From positions 96,001-160,000 of the forward strand of contig JBMNEZ010000001.1 in assembly GCA_050949045.1 (NCBI GenBank): 64,000 nt of DNA, written 5' to 3'. The position numbers and the translations under genes were made by a program. Shown one piece after another: positions 50,310 to 59,473 of this stretch. A model generated the notes under the pieces. It searched no databases, had not been told where the DNA came from, and saw only the letters and a list, made by a program, of their open reading frames with translations. This stretch comes from Candidatus Izemoplasmatales bacterium. GTDB taxonomy: Bacteria > Bacillota_I > Bacilli_A > Izemoplasmatales > Hujiaoplasmataceae. Each line of letters opens with the position of its first letter. Position 1 is the stretch's first letter.

Positions 50310-51683
50310 TTAGATGCGAAAAAGCGCATCTTTGACAAGCTCGCCTACGGTAGGATGCGGATAGATGAGGCGCTTGATTTCTTTGATATCGATTTCCAGA
50401 TTCAGCATCGCGCCCAAGAATACGGCGATCTCGCTAGCGTATAATGATAACATATGCGCACCGATCAACGTATTTTTCTTTTGGTCGATGATCAGTTTGA
50501 GAAAGCCTCCGCGGTCATTGCTTTCAGCCATGTGGCGCCCTGAATAGGCGATCGGCAAGGTTACGGTTTTGAAGTCGTATCCCGCTTTGTTGGCATCAGC
50601 CTCCGTATAACCAACCGAGCACGCTTCTAATGAAGTGTAGATGACCGAGGGGATGACATTATAATTGATTTGATCTTTTTTGCCGGTCAGATTGTTGAAA
50701 CAGACTTCGGCTTCCCGGTATGCCGTATGGGCAAGCATGACTTTGCCGTTGACATCGCCGATGGCGTAGACATTGGCGACATTGGTATTCATCTGTTCAT
50801 CTGTAACGATGGAACCGTCTTTTCTTAATTCAACATTTATTGATTCCAAACCGAGGCCTGCCGTGTTGGCTTTTCTGCCGGCGGACAATAAGGCACAGTC
50901 ATGAGTAATAGTGTGGTATTGTTGGTTGTTGTCTAGATATGTGATTTTCTGTGGTTCGATTTTCGTAACTTTAGCATTTAAGATTAAGGCAACGCCTTTT
51001 GCTTTGAGAAGTCTTTTCAATCCCTTGGAAAGGTCGGCGTCGATTCCGCCGCCGATATCAGGCAACATCTCGATGATGGTTACTTCGCTTCCCACTTGAG
51101 AGAAATACATCGCCATTTCAAGTCCGATCACGCCGCCGCCGATTATACTGAGTTTCTGGGGTATTTCTTGAAGATCGAGAATCTCTCTGCTTGTCAACAT
51201 TGTACCATTTTTGATTGCATCGGTCAAACCTTCGATAGGCGGAATAAATGGTATAGAACCGGTGGCGGAGATCAACTTTCTGCCGGTATATTCGACATCA
51301 CCAACAATAATGGTGAAACCGGAAGCGGTCTTTCCTGTGATTTTTGCAGACCCACTGACTACATCGACATTTGCTGACTTCAACATGTAGTCTACTCCAG
51401 CGACCAAAGTTTTGACAACTTGATTTTTGCGTTTGACAACTGCACGCTGGTCATATGAAACATCTTTGACATGGATGCCGTAATCGGCTCCATGTTTTGC
51501 ATGACTGTAAAGCTTGGCGCTGTGCAGAAACGCTTTGCTGGGGATGCAACCCTCATTCAGACAGACTCCACCCAGTTTGTTTTTTTCCACTATCAAAGTG
51601 CTCAGACCGGCTTTTCCAGCTAGAAAAGCCGCATGATAGCCTCCCGGCCCGCCGCCAATGACGATTAAATCATAAACATTCAT
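50310..51683 (-). CDS. lpdA: Dihydrolipoyl dehydrogenase
   Basis: IGGGPGGY, GGVCLNEGCIPSK, MLAHTAYRE, HPTVGE; ATG at 51683 after GAGGAGG. Confidence 0.94.
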   Translation of the reverse strand: MNVYDLIVIGGGPGGYHAAFLAGKAGLSTLIVEKNKLGGVCLNEGCIPSKAFLHSAKLYSHAKHGADYGIHVKDVSYDQRAVVKRKNQVVKTLVAGVDYMLKSANVDVVSGSAKITGKTASGFTIIVGDVEYTGRKLISATGSIPFIPPIEGLTDAIKNGTMLTSREILDLQEIPQKLSIIGGGVIGLEMAMYFSQVGSEVTIIEMLPDIGGGIDADLSKGLKRLLKAKGVALILNAKVTKIEPQKITYLDNNQQYHTITHDCALLSAGRKANTAGLGLESINVELRKDGSIVTDEQMNTNVANVYAIGDVNGKVMLAHTAYREAEVCFNNLTGKKDQINYNVIPSVIYTSLEACSVGYTEADANKAGYDFKTVTLPIAYSGRHMAESNDRGGFLKLIIDQKKNTLIGAHMLSLYASEIAVFLGAMLNLEIDIKEIKRLIYPHPTVGELVKDALFRI

Positions 51684-52046
51684 CTTCTGCCTCCTCTTTT
51701 GGGCCTTTTCAATAAAACGGATATCTACAAAAAGCATATCACAGTATCAAACTTTTACATAGTCGATTTTGTGAAATATGGAGTGTCGTTGCCTTGGTTC
51801 GAGTATTTTTTCATCACTTTTAACCTGTTAATTTAACTAATTCATGTAATCAATCAATGCTTGTCATATCAATTATAACAGAAAACTACAAACTATTCTC
51901 AAAACTCATTTATGAGTTTGCTGGACTTATTTATGGTCGTGTTATCCAAATTATTTTGTATTTTGTATCGCCATATTGGTTGTTAATACAAATCATGTAT
52001 GAATATTGACAGATTATGCCCTGTTAATTTTATTGCGGAATCATTG

Positions 52047-52086
52047 TGATATAATGAATTTAACGAAATAAAGAAAGCGTTTTACT
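52047..52086 (+). promoter_or_regulatory. Extended -10 plus cre/LacI-type operator upstream of module 3
   Basis: TGaTATAAT followed by AAGAAAGCGTTTTACT. Confidence 0.5.
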
Positions 52087-52291
52087 AACACAAAGCTATC
52101 ATTTTTATAAATTTTTTCTCTTTTCAATAACTTTAGAATAACGTTTGGAGAAGCGCGTTGTTGTTGACGGCTTTCTTCATATGAACTTAATATCTCTAAC
52201 GGTTTTATGAAACAAAATGGATCAAGGCAGATTTTCCATGCGTATATTAGGATGAAAATCCATAATATAAAAAATATATAAGGAGGAAAAC

Positions 52292-55200
52292 ATGAAAAGA
52301 TCGACGTTTTCAAAAATCGAAATGAGTACAAGACGGATTGCTCTTGTCGCAGTTATGCTTTTCACTGCGCTTTGTTTTGTATTCGTTTTGATGTCATCAT
52401 CTGCAGCGCAAGCCGAAGGCTTGGGTGGTACAGGCTATACAACAGCTTATTCCAGCCAAGAAGAAGTGTATGACGCTGCCAATCTGTTCAATGAACGGAT
52501 GGTTGAGGAAGGAATTGTTCTTCTAAAGAATGTTGACAATGCCCTTCCACTTGCTAAGGGCTCGATGATCAACGTGCTTGGCAAAAACTCTGCCAACATT
52601 GCGATCGGAGGAACCGGTTCAAGTACCGGATCAGGATCCGTAGAAGCCAGAAAGGCAATCAGCTTGTACCAAAGTTTGGCAAATGCGGAATTTGTACTCA
52701 ACCCTGCACTCGTAGCATTCTACGAGAACAACACATTATCCGGAACCGGAAGACGAGCTCCGAATATGGGTGCAAATCTTACGGGCTTGAGCACCGGAGA
52801 AACTCCTCCGGAAATGTATTCTGCGGAATTAAAAGCTACCTATGCTGATTATGATGATGCATCAATCGTCGTAATTACTCGTATTGGTGGTGAAGGTTAT
52901 GATCTCCCAACAACGATGCTAGCTAGTGGGCTACCAATGGCTGGATCTTTAGAAGGGGATCATTACTTAGAGCTTGACTTATATGAAAAAGCGATATTTG
53001 CTTCTTTGGAAGAGGATCCAAGCGTTAGCAAAGTTATCGTAATCGTCAATGCCAGCCAGCAAATGGAACTTGGTTTCTTGAATGATTCCGTTAATTACTC
53101 CAAAGTCAAAGCAGCGATTTGGGTCGGTGGACCTGGACAATCAGGCGTTGCCTCTATCGGAAGAATATTGAATGGCGACGTTAATCCGTCCGGACGTCTC
53201 GTTGATACTTTTGCCGCAGACTTCTCCAAAGACCCTGTGTGGTACAACTTTGGCAATTCTGGTGGCAGGCATACGAATGGCACTCTCGACGAAGAAGGCA
53301 ATTTCACCACTCCTAATGGATATCCCCGTTTCGTAAACTATGAAGAGGGAATCTACCTAGGCTATCGTTATTGGGAAACTGCCGGCTACGATAAAAACGA
53401 TAACTGGGCTTGGTATGACCAAAATGTTGTATTCCCGCTTGGCTATGGTTTGAGCTATACCTCGTTTAGTTGGGAACTCGTTGGCGAGCCAACCATTCCT
53501 ACCACTTTCACTGCGACCGCTGAAGTTGAAGTAACCGTAAAAGTTACCAATACAGGCTCTGTTGCAGGAAAAGATGTTGTTCAACTGTATTACACAGCTC
53601 CTTACTACAATGGTGGCATTGAAAAATCGTATGTTAGATTGGCCGACTTTGCCAAAACGCCACTGCTTGAACCAGACGCCTCTGCTAATGTTACAATGAA
53701 AGTTTCACTTAAGGACCTTGCATCATATGACTATAACGATGCCAACGGCAACGACTATAAGGGCTATGAACTTGAAGCTGGGAATTACGTTTTTAGAGTA
53801 TTGAAAAACGCCAATGCCCGTTCGGTTAACGGCGTTGCCGACTTCACGATGACTGTTCCTGAAGATAATGAAAAACCGGCAACTGCAGGCAAAACCGGAG
53901 TAATGTTTACACACGATGAAAAGACCGGCGCCTTAATCAAAAACCTGTTCGATGATGTATCGCAAAAAGCCATTAACGGTACACTTGAAGACAAAGCGAC
54001 CGAGGCTGTTAGAGACAGTGGCGGCTTCATGAATGTCATGACACGCGCCACAGAGAGTGGCGGTCTTGCCGGTACTATCCCAACAGACTATCCGAGCAAC
54101 GAAAAACGAACTGTTTCGGCGGCGTTCAGAAATTCTTATGCGACACCGTCCAATACAGCAACTCGTGACGCTGCCGACTTGGTCAGTCCATGGTACAAGG
54201 AAGAGTTTCCAACACAAGCCGCCAACGATCAGGGCGAAGTGACAGTCTTCTTAAAAGATTTGATTGGAAAAGATTTCGATGATCCTCTTTGGGACGCTTT
54301 CCTCAATCAGATGACATATTACGAAATGGCATATCTTATCGGTCACGGAGCTTTCCATACATACCCAATCGAAAGATTAGGAAAACCATGGTCTGTCGAA
54401 ATTGACGGACCGGTTGGATTGGTTCCAAGACAGGTAAACGGACCATTGATGGATATCAATAATCATGTATCATGCGTATATGCGACACAACCCGTAGTCG
54501 CAGCAACCTGGAACAAGGAATTGGTCAAAGAATATGGCCAAATGACTGGAGAAGAATCAATTTGGGGAAATACCAACTATGCATATTCAGGTATTTATGG
54601 CCCCGGATTGAACATTCACCGTTCACCGTTCTCAGGACGTAACTTCGAGTATTACAGTGAAGATGGTGTTTTATCAGGAAAAATGGCCGGAGCTTACTGC
54701 TTAGGAGCGTACGAGAAAGGCTTGTACACAATGATGAAACACTATGTGCTCAATGACCAAGAAACGAACCGAAACGGTATCCAAACTTGGGCAGATGAGC
54801 AGACAATGCGTGAAATCTACTTCTTGCCTTTTGAAAAAGCTATTAAAGATGGAAATTCAAGAGGAGCGATGGCTGCTTATAATAGTATTGGCAAGACCTG
54901 GACCGGTGCAAGCTATGCCTTGATGACCGACTTGACTCGTAATGAGTGGGGATTCGAGGGAATGATTATCACTGACTGGGGTTCATATTCAGCTACGACA
55001 AACAACTGGATGATTCGTGCCGGAACCGATTTGTTGCTTGGCGGAAGTAGGGAAGGCACTCTGATTTTTGAAGGAGCCGATCTCACGCCCACACATGCTT
55101 GGGCGCTCAGAAGAGCAACCAAAGCCATAATGTTCACCGTTGCCAACAGCAACGCAATGATACCGAGACTACAGTATGCTGCCGGAGCAGCTCCCAGTCC

Positions 55201-57490
55201 TTTCCGAACCGGGATTGAGTATTCGATGGATGCTTCCGGAGTCTCCGGAAACTATGATTTCGGCGAATTTGAAGTAACGTATTCAGCAGATGAGCGTTTG
55301 CCTGAAGGATTGGAAATCGATCCTGAGACTGGCCTCATAACTGGTATCATTGCGGCAAGCGGAGCCTCACAGTCCTACACGTTTACTGTCACCGGCAGTG
55401 TTCCTGCGGGTACAGCGCTTACCGATGCCGTTTCTCGAGAATTCACCATTAATCAGGCAAGCATCACAGAAATCCCCGCCTTGGCTAATGGCAGGGTCGG
55501 GGTACCATATTTCTCCGATGCAATTCAAATATCATTAAACTTGGAGATTGACCCAAGTGAAATCACATATCAGTTGGATCCGGGTCTAAGGCAAGGTTGG
55601 ACATGGATAAGACGTGGTTCAGCAGCGCTTCCTCAAGGACTAGTGATCAATAATGACGGAACGATTACCGGTACACCGACTCAGGCAATTACTAGAACGG
55701 TTACTTTCCTAGTTTCTGCGCCCGGTTTCGTAGACACATTGATTACTCGCACTATAACTATCTTGCCAGCAATTCCGGTGATCACATTTGGCGATGCAAT
55801 ATTACCGGCGGGAGAAGTGGGCTCTCAATACGAAGCACAACTCGTTGCCAGTGGCGCGGAGGGCATCACCTTTGCTTCAGAAAATCTCCCTGCAGGATTA
55901 ACGCTTGCCGCTAACGGCTTGATCTCTGGAACTCCAACAGTCGTAGGAACTTATCTCTTTGAAGTAACCGCTTCAGCGGAAGGCGCAACATCAACTGTTG
56001 CTTCAATCGCTCTTAACGTAGCCGAGGAAGCTGAAATAATCCTTCCTGCCATCGTATTCAACGACAGGAAGCTTGATGCTGGAAAAGTCGGTGTTGCATA
56101 CAGCGCGACTCTTACTGCTAGCGGAGCCGATGGCATCACCTTTGCTTCAGAAAATCTCCCTGCAGGGTTAACGCTTGCCGCTAACGGCTCGATCTCTGGC
56201 ACTCCAACTGAAGCCGGAACTTATCTCTTTAAAGTAATTGCTTCAGCGGAAGGAGCAACATCAACTGTTGCTTCAATCGTTCTTAGCGTAGCCGAGGAAG
56301 ATGAAGTAATCCTTCCTGTCATCGTATTCAGCGACAGGAAGCTCGACTCTGGAAAAGTCGGTGTTGCATACAGCGCGACTCTCACTGCTAGCGGAGCCAC
56401 AGGCATCACCTTTGCTTCAGAAAATCTCCCTGCAGGGTTAACGCTCGCCGCTAACGGAAAACTTTCTGGTACTCCGACTCAAGCTGGAACATACCTTATT
56501 ACAGTGACTGCTTCTGCAACTGGTGCGCAATCGGCAACTGCTTCAATCGTTCTTAGCGTAGCCGAGGAAGATGAAGTAATCCTTCCTATCATCGTATTCA
56601 GCGACAGGAAGCTCGACGCTGGAAAAGTCGGTGTTGCATACAGCGCGACTCTCACTGCTAGCGGAGCCACAGGCATCACCTTTGCTTCAGAAAATCTACC
56701 TGCAGGATTAACGCTCGCCGCTAACGGAAAACTTTCTGGTACTCCGACTCAAGCTGGAATATACCTTATTACAGTGACTGCTTCTGCAACGGGCGCGCAA
56801 TCGACAACTGCTTCAATCGTTCTTAGCGTAGCCGAGGAAGATGAAGTAATCCTTCCTGTCATCGTATTCAACGACAGGAAGCTCGATGCTGGAAAAGTCG
56901 GTGTTGCATACAACGCGACTCTCACTGCTAGTGGAGCCACAGGCATCACCTTTGCTTCAGAAAATCTCCCTGCAGGATTAACGCTCGCCGCTAACGGAAA
57001 ACTTTCTGGTACTCCGACTCAAGCTGGAACATACCTTATTACAGTGACTGCTTCTGCAACGGGCGCGCAATCGACAACTGCTTCAATCGTGCTTAGTGTT
57101 TCCCCCGCTGCTGCAACCGAGGCACCGGCAATTTCATTCAATAGTGCATTGTTGGCTTCTGGAACTGTAGGAACAGCATACAGCGCGACTCTCACTGCTA
57201 GCGGAGCCGAAGGCATCACCTTTGCCTCAAGCGACCTACCTGCCGGCTTGACTCTCAACGAAGACGGATCTATCTCTGGCACTCCGACTCAAGCTGGAAC
57301 ATACTTGTTCACAGTTACGGCCTCTGCTACTGGAGCACAATCGGCTACAGCATCAATTGCGATTCACATTGCATCAGTAGCCGCTCCGATAACTGGTTGC
57401 GCATCAGCTTTGACCGTCTCGACGATCATCATGACATTGTTGACGTCAATGGTAGCTGGAGTCTTCATCTTTATCAGGAAACGTCAATAA
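52292..57490 (+). CDS. Large surface GH3 glycosidase with ~8 putative Ig domains and Gly-Cys/TM/basic tail
   Basis: RIGGEGYDL, YEEGIYLGYRYWET, IDGPVG, HRSPFSGRNFEYYSED, EWGFEGMIITD; LPAGLTL..G.LSGTPT repeats; TGCASAL-TM-RKRQ. Confidence 0.92.
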   Translation: MKRSTFSKIEMSTRRIALVAVMLFTALCFVFVLMSSSAAQAEGLGGTGYTTAYSSQEEVYDAANLFNERMVEEGIVLLKNVDNALPLAKGSMINVLGKNSANIAIGGTGSSTGSGSVEARKAISLYQSLANAEFVLNPALVAFYENNTLSGTGRRAPNMGANLTGLSTGETPPEMYSAELKATYADYDDASIVVITRIGGEGYDLPTTMLASGLPMAGSLEGDHYLELDLYEKAIFASLEEDPSVSKVIVIVNASQQMELGFLNDSVNYSKVKAAIWVGGPGQSGVASIGRILNGDVNPSGRLVDTFAADFSKDPVWYNFGNSGGRHTNGTLDEEGNFTTPNGYPRFVNYEEGIYLGYRYWETAGYDKNDNWAWYDQNVVFPLGYGLSYTSFSWELVGEPTIPTTFTATAEVEVTVKVTNTGSVAGKDVVQLYYTAPYYNGGIEKSYVRLADFAKTPLLEPDASANVTMKVSLKDLASYDYNDANGNDYKGYELEAGNYVFRVLKNANARSVNGVADFTMTVPEDNEKPATAGKTGVMFTHDEKTGALIKNLFDDVSQKAINGTLEDKATEAVRDSGGFMNVMTRATESGGLAGTIPTDYPSNEKRTVSAAFRNSYATPSNTATRDAADLVSPWYKEEFPTQAANDQGEVTVFLKDLIGKDFDDPLWDAFLNQMTYYEMAYLIGHGAFHTYPIERLGKPWSVEIDGPVGLVPRQVNGPLMDINNHVSCVYATQPVVAATWNKELVKEYGQMTGEESIWGNTNYAYSGIYGPGLNIHRSPFSGRNFEYYSEDGVLSGKMAGAYCLGAYEKGLYTMMKHYVLNDQETNRNGIQTWADEQTMREIYFLPFEKAIKDGNSRGAMAAYNSIGKTWTGASYALMTDLTRNEWGFEGMIITDWGSYSATTNNWMIRAGTDLLLGGSREGTLIFEGADLTPTHAWALRRATKAIMFTVANSNAMIPRLQYAAGAAPSPFRTGIEYSMDASGVSGNYDFGEFEVTYSADERLPEGLEIDPETGLITGIIAASGASQSYTFTVTGSVPAGTALTDAVSREFTINQASITEIPALANGRVGVPYFSDAIQISLNLEIDPSEITYQLDPGLRQGWTWIRRGSAALPQGLVINNDGTITGTPTQAITRTVTFLVSAPGFVDTLITRTITILPAIPVITFGDAILPAGEVGSQYEAQLVASGAEGITFASENLPAGLTLAANGLISGTPTVVGTYLFEVTASAEGATSTVASIALNVAEEAEIILPAIVFNDRKLDAGKVGVAYSATLTASGADGITFASENLPAGLTLAANGSISGTPTEAGTYLFKVIASAEGATSTVASIVLSVAEEDEVILPVIVFSDRKLDSGKVGVAYSATLTASGATGITFASENLPAGLTLAANGKLSGTPTQAGTYLITVTASATGAQSATASIVLSVAEEDEVILPIIVFSDRKLDAGKVGVAYSATLTASGATGITFASENLPAGLTLAANGKLSGTPTQAGIYLITVTASATGAQSTTASIVLSVAEEDEVILPVIVFNDRKLDAGKVGVAYNATLTASGATGITFASENLPAGLTLAANGKLSGTPTQAGTYLITVTASATGAQSTTASIVLSVSPAAATEAPAISFNSALLASGTVGTAYSATLTASGAEGITFASSDLPAGLTLNEDGSISGTPTQAGTYLFTVTASATGAQSATASIAIHIASVAAPITGCASALTVSTIIMTLLTSMVAGVFIFIRKRQ
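55850..57350 (+). repeat. Tandem 270-bp (90-aa) Ig-domain repeats
   Basis: ttcaatcgttcttagcgtagccgaggaag recurs at 56272, 56542, 56812; central copies near-identical. Confidence 0.92.
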
Positions 57491-57531
57491 TTGCATCAAA
57501 CTCATTTACACAGATAGATTAACTTGATATA

Positions 57532-57588
57532 ATTCGTTTGGAACGCTATAGGCAGATTACTGTCTATAGCGTTTCCGACGATTATTTT
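57532..57588 (+). terminator. Strong intergenic stem-loop between module 3 GH3 and lipoprotein
   Basis: ggaacgctataggcag-atta-ctgtctatagcgtttcc followed by T-rich tract. Confidence 0.7.
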
Positions 57589-57630
57589 TACTATCTATCT
57601 TAGCTGTAATCACAATTTTGGAGGAAATCC

Positions 57631-58797
57631 ATGTTAAAAAAACTACTTATTCTACTGACTATCTTCGTATCAACAACAATACTAATAGCGTGTGTTGATA
57701 CAACGACAACTGTGGGTATGGTTAAAACAACAACGACTGTTTCTGGTTCCACAAGTACTTCTGTTACCAATACTCCCAAAACAACTACTTCCGCGATCTC
57801 CCCTTCCACAACAACCACTTCCATCAGCACCGCCCCTCCCGGGACAACCACTTCCATCAGCACCGCCCCTCCCGGGACAACCATTCCCATTAGTACCACT
57901 CTTCCCGTAACAACCACTGACGGCACGACTTCGATCAATACCGGACCGGCGACATTGAATTATCAAGGCGCCGCATTGGCCAATGGTACAGTTGGGATAC
58001 AATACTCTGCTAACATCAATACCGCAACCGGCGCTAGTGGAATCACATACTCTTTGAAGTCGGGAAGTTTGCTTCCAGACGGATTGTCGCTTGCAGGAGG
58101 TATTATCACAGGGATTCCGACTGTCGCAGGGACAAAGCAATTTGTAATTGTTGCCGACGCGAGCAACGCGGTTGCCCCAGTAGAAGCGACTTTCACGATT
58201 GTAATCGAAGAAGAAGAGCCTACTGGTCCAAAAACATACATTTTTGAAGCCGAATATGTTGATTTCACCGATGTTTGGGGTTCAGGGTGGTCAAATACCC
58301 AAACCGAATGGGGGATGGTTGCCGGCGATGGGGTCACAACACCGGTAAGCAATGGGATGTATGTCGCCTACTTTGTTCCCCCGGCGGGATCTTTAAAATT
58401 CCCCTTCACTTCTGATGCAGCGGGGACAGGTAAACTAACCTTCTCTATGGTCTCGGAGTATGTTAAAAACTGGTTTGGCGAATTTGATGCGATTCATCTG
58501 AATCCCGAGATCATGAAACTCAAGATTAATGGCACCGAGATAAGCTACGAGGTATTTGTATTGGGTGTTAACGGACCTACAGAAGCCTTCAAAGAATACG
58601 TCTTTTTGGAAGAATTTGCCATTCGTCAAGGTGAAAACATGATTGAGATTATCATGGAATCATCCAACGATTATTTCCCCGGAAGAGTTGGGGGAGGCCC
58701 AAACGTTGACTACATGAAGATCGAATCTGAATTGAACTTGGTTATGAAAAAAACTTGTTCGACAGTCGATGAAGTCATCTTACGACGAGGTTATTAA
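57631..58797 (+). CDS. Lipoprotein with Ser/Thr/Pro linker, one Ig domain and C-terminal CBM6/35-like domain
   Basis: Lipobox LIAC; TTTSISTAPPG repeats; LPDGLSL..GIPT; YIFEAEY..SNGMYV..GENMIEI..GGPNVDYM. Confidence 0.78.
   Translation: MLKKLLILLTIFVSTTILIACVDTTTTVGMVKTTTTVSGSTSTSVTNTPKTTTSAISPSTTTTSISTAPPGTTTSISTAPPGTTIPISTTLPVTTTDGTTSINTGPATLNYQGAALANGTVGIQYSANINTATGASGITYSLKSGSLLPDGLSLAGGIITGIPTVAGTKQFVIVADASNAVAPVEATFTIVIEEEEPTGPKTYIFEAEYVDFTDVWGSGWSNTQTEWGMVAGDGVTTPVSNGMYVAYFVPPAGSLKFPFTSDAAGTGKLTFSMVSEYVKNWFGEFDAIHLNPEIMKLKINGTEISYEVFVLGVNGPTEAFKEYVFLEEFAIRQGENMIEIIMESSNDYFPGRVGGGPNVDYMKIESELNLVMKKTCSTVDEVILRRGY
57811..57883 (+). repeat. 33-bp tandem repeat (about 2.2 copies)
   Basis: acaaccacttccatcagcaccgcccctcccggg x2 + acaacca. 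Confidence 0.9.
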
Positions 58798-58808
58798 TAA
58801 TTATCCAA

Positions 58809-58848
58809 AATACTACACAACGCATTTTTTGTTGTGTAGTATTGATTT
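58809..58848 (+). terminator. Terminator after lipoprotein
   Basis: aatactacacaac...gttgtgtagtatt hairpin. Confidence 0.65.
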
Positions 58849-59473
58849 TGGCATTGAAAAGGGCAAAAAATAGCATTTGTTTTGTAATGTCTTTACATAA
58901 TTAATAACTTGATTGAAAGTACTTGTTTTCTAATAGTCTATCTTTCAAACCAATCAGCATTTTGCCTGATAGGTTTCAACACATCATATAAACTAGCAAT
59001 CGATAATTAATTAAATAATTATCTTGTTGCCGTTATTTTGTGAGGATTTCTAAGCGTATCCAATTCATATGCTTGGGTGAGATGGCAAATATTGTACTGT
59101 AATTTGACAAGAGCCTTTGATTGCACGAATATTTTTCTATTCAGAATTGCTTTGCGACTTAAAAATACTTGGAATCAATGGTTTTCTTTATGCAATTTAG
59201 TTGTTTTTGATCCGAACTTGTTTTTAAGGCTGAGCATCATAGTATAAATCTGTCAGCCATTCAGCGGCTATGTCTTGTGCTCGGCCTGGATAACCGTAAT
59301 TGAAGTTTCATATTCAAAATCATGTAGGTATTAATCAGCATAATAACTTTTATGATTTGAATTATAATTCAAACTAGGACAGTCGATTTTTCTTTATTCA
59401 GTATTAAATTTAGGTTAAATATATAATATAAATTTGACAATATTTTCCAATGATTTACAGAGGGGGAAAAAAG

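Noticed and set aside
51684..52040. E2 (dihydrolipoamide acyltransferase) remnant upstream of lpdA
   Set aside because: No DHRxxDG or lipoyl-domain motif was recognisable in the part I translated by eye.
52041..52331. 96-aa minus-strand ORF
   Set aside because: It overlaps the GH3 start and promoter, has low-complexity AT-rich composition and shows no recognisable motif.
55951..57282. Series of similar minus-strand ORFs
   Set aside because: They are antisense shadows of the 270-bp Ig repeats.
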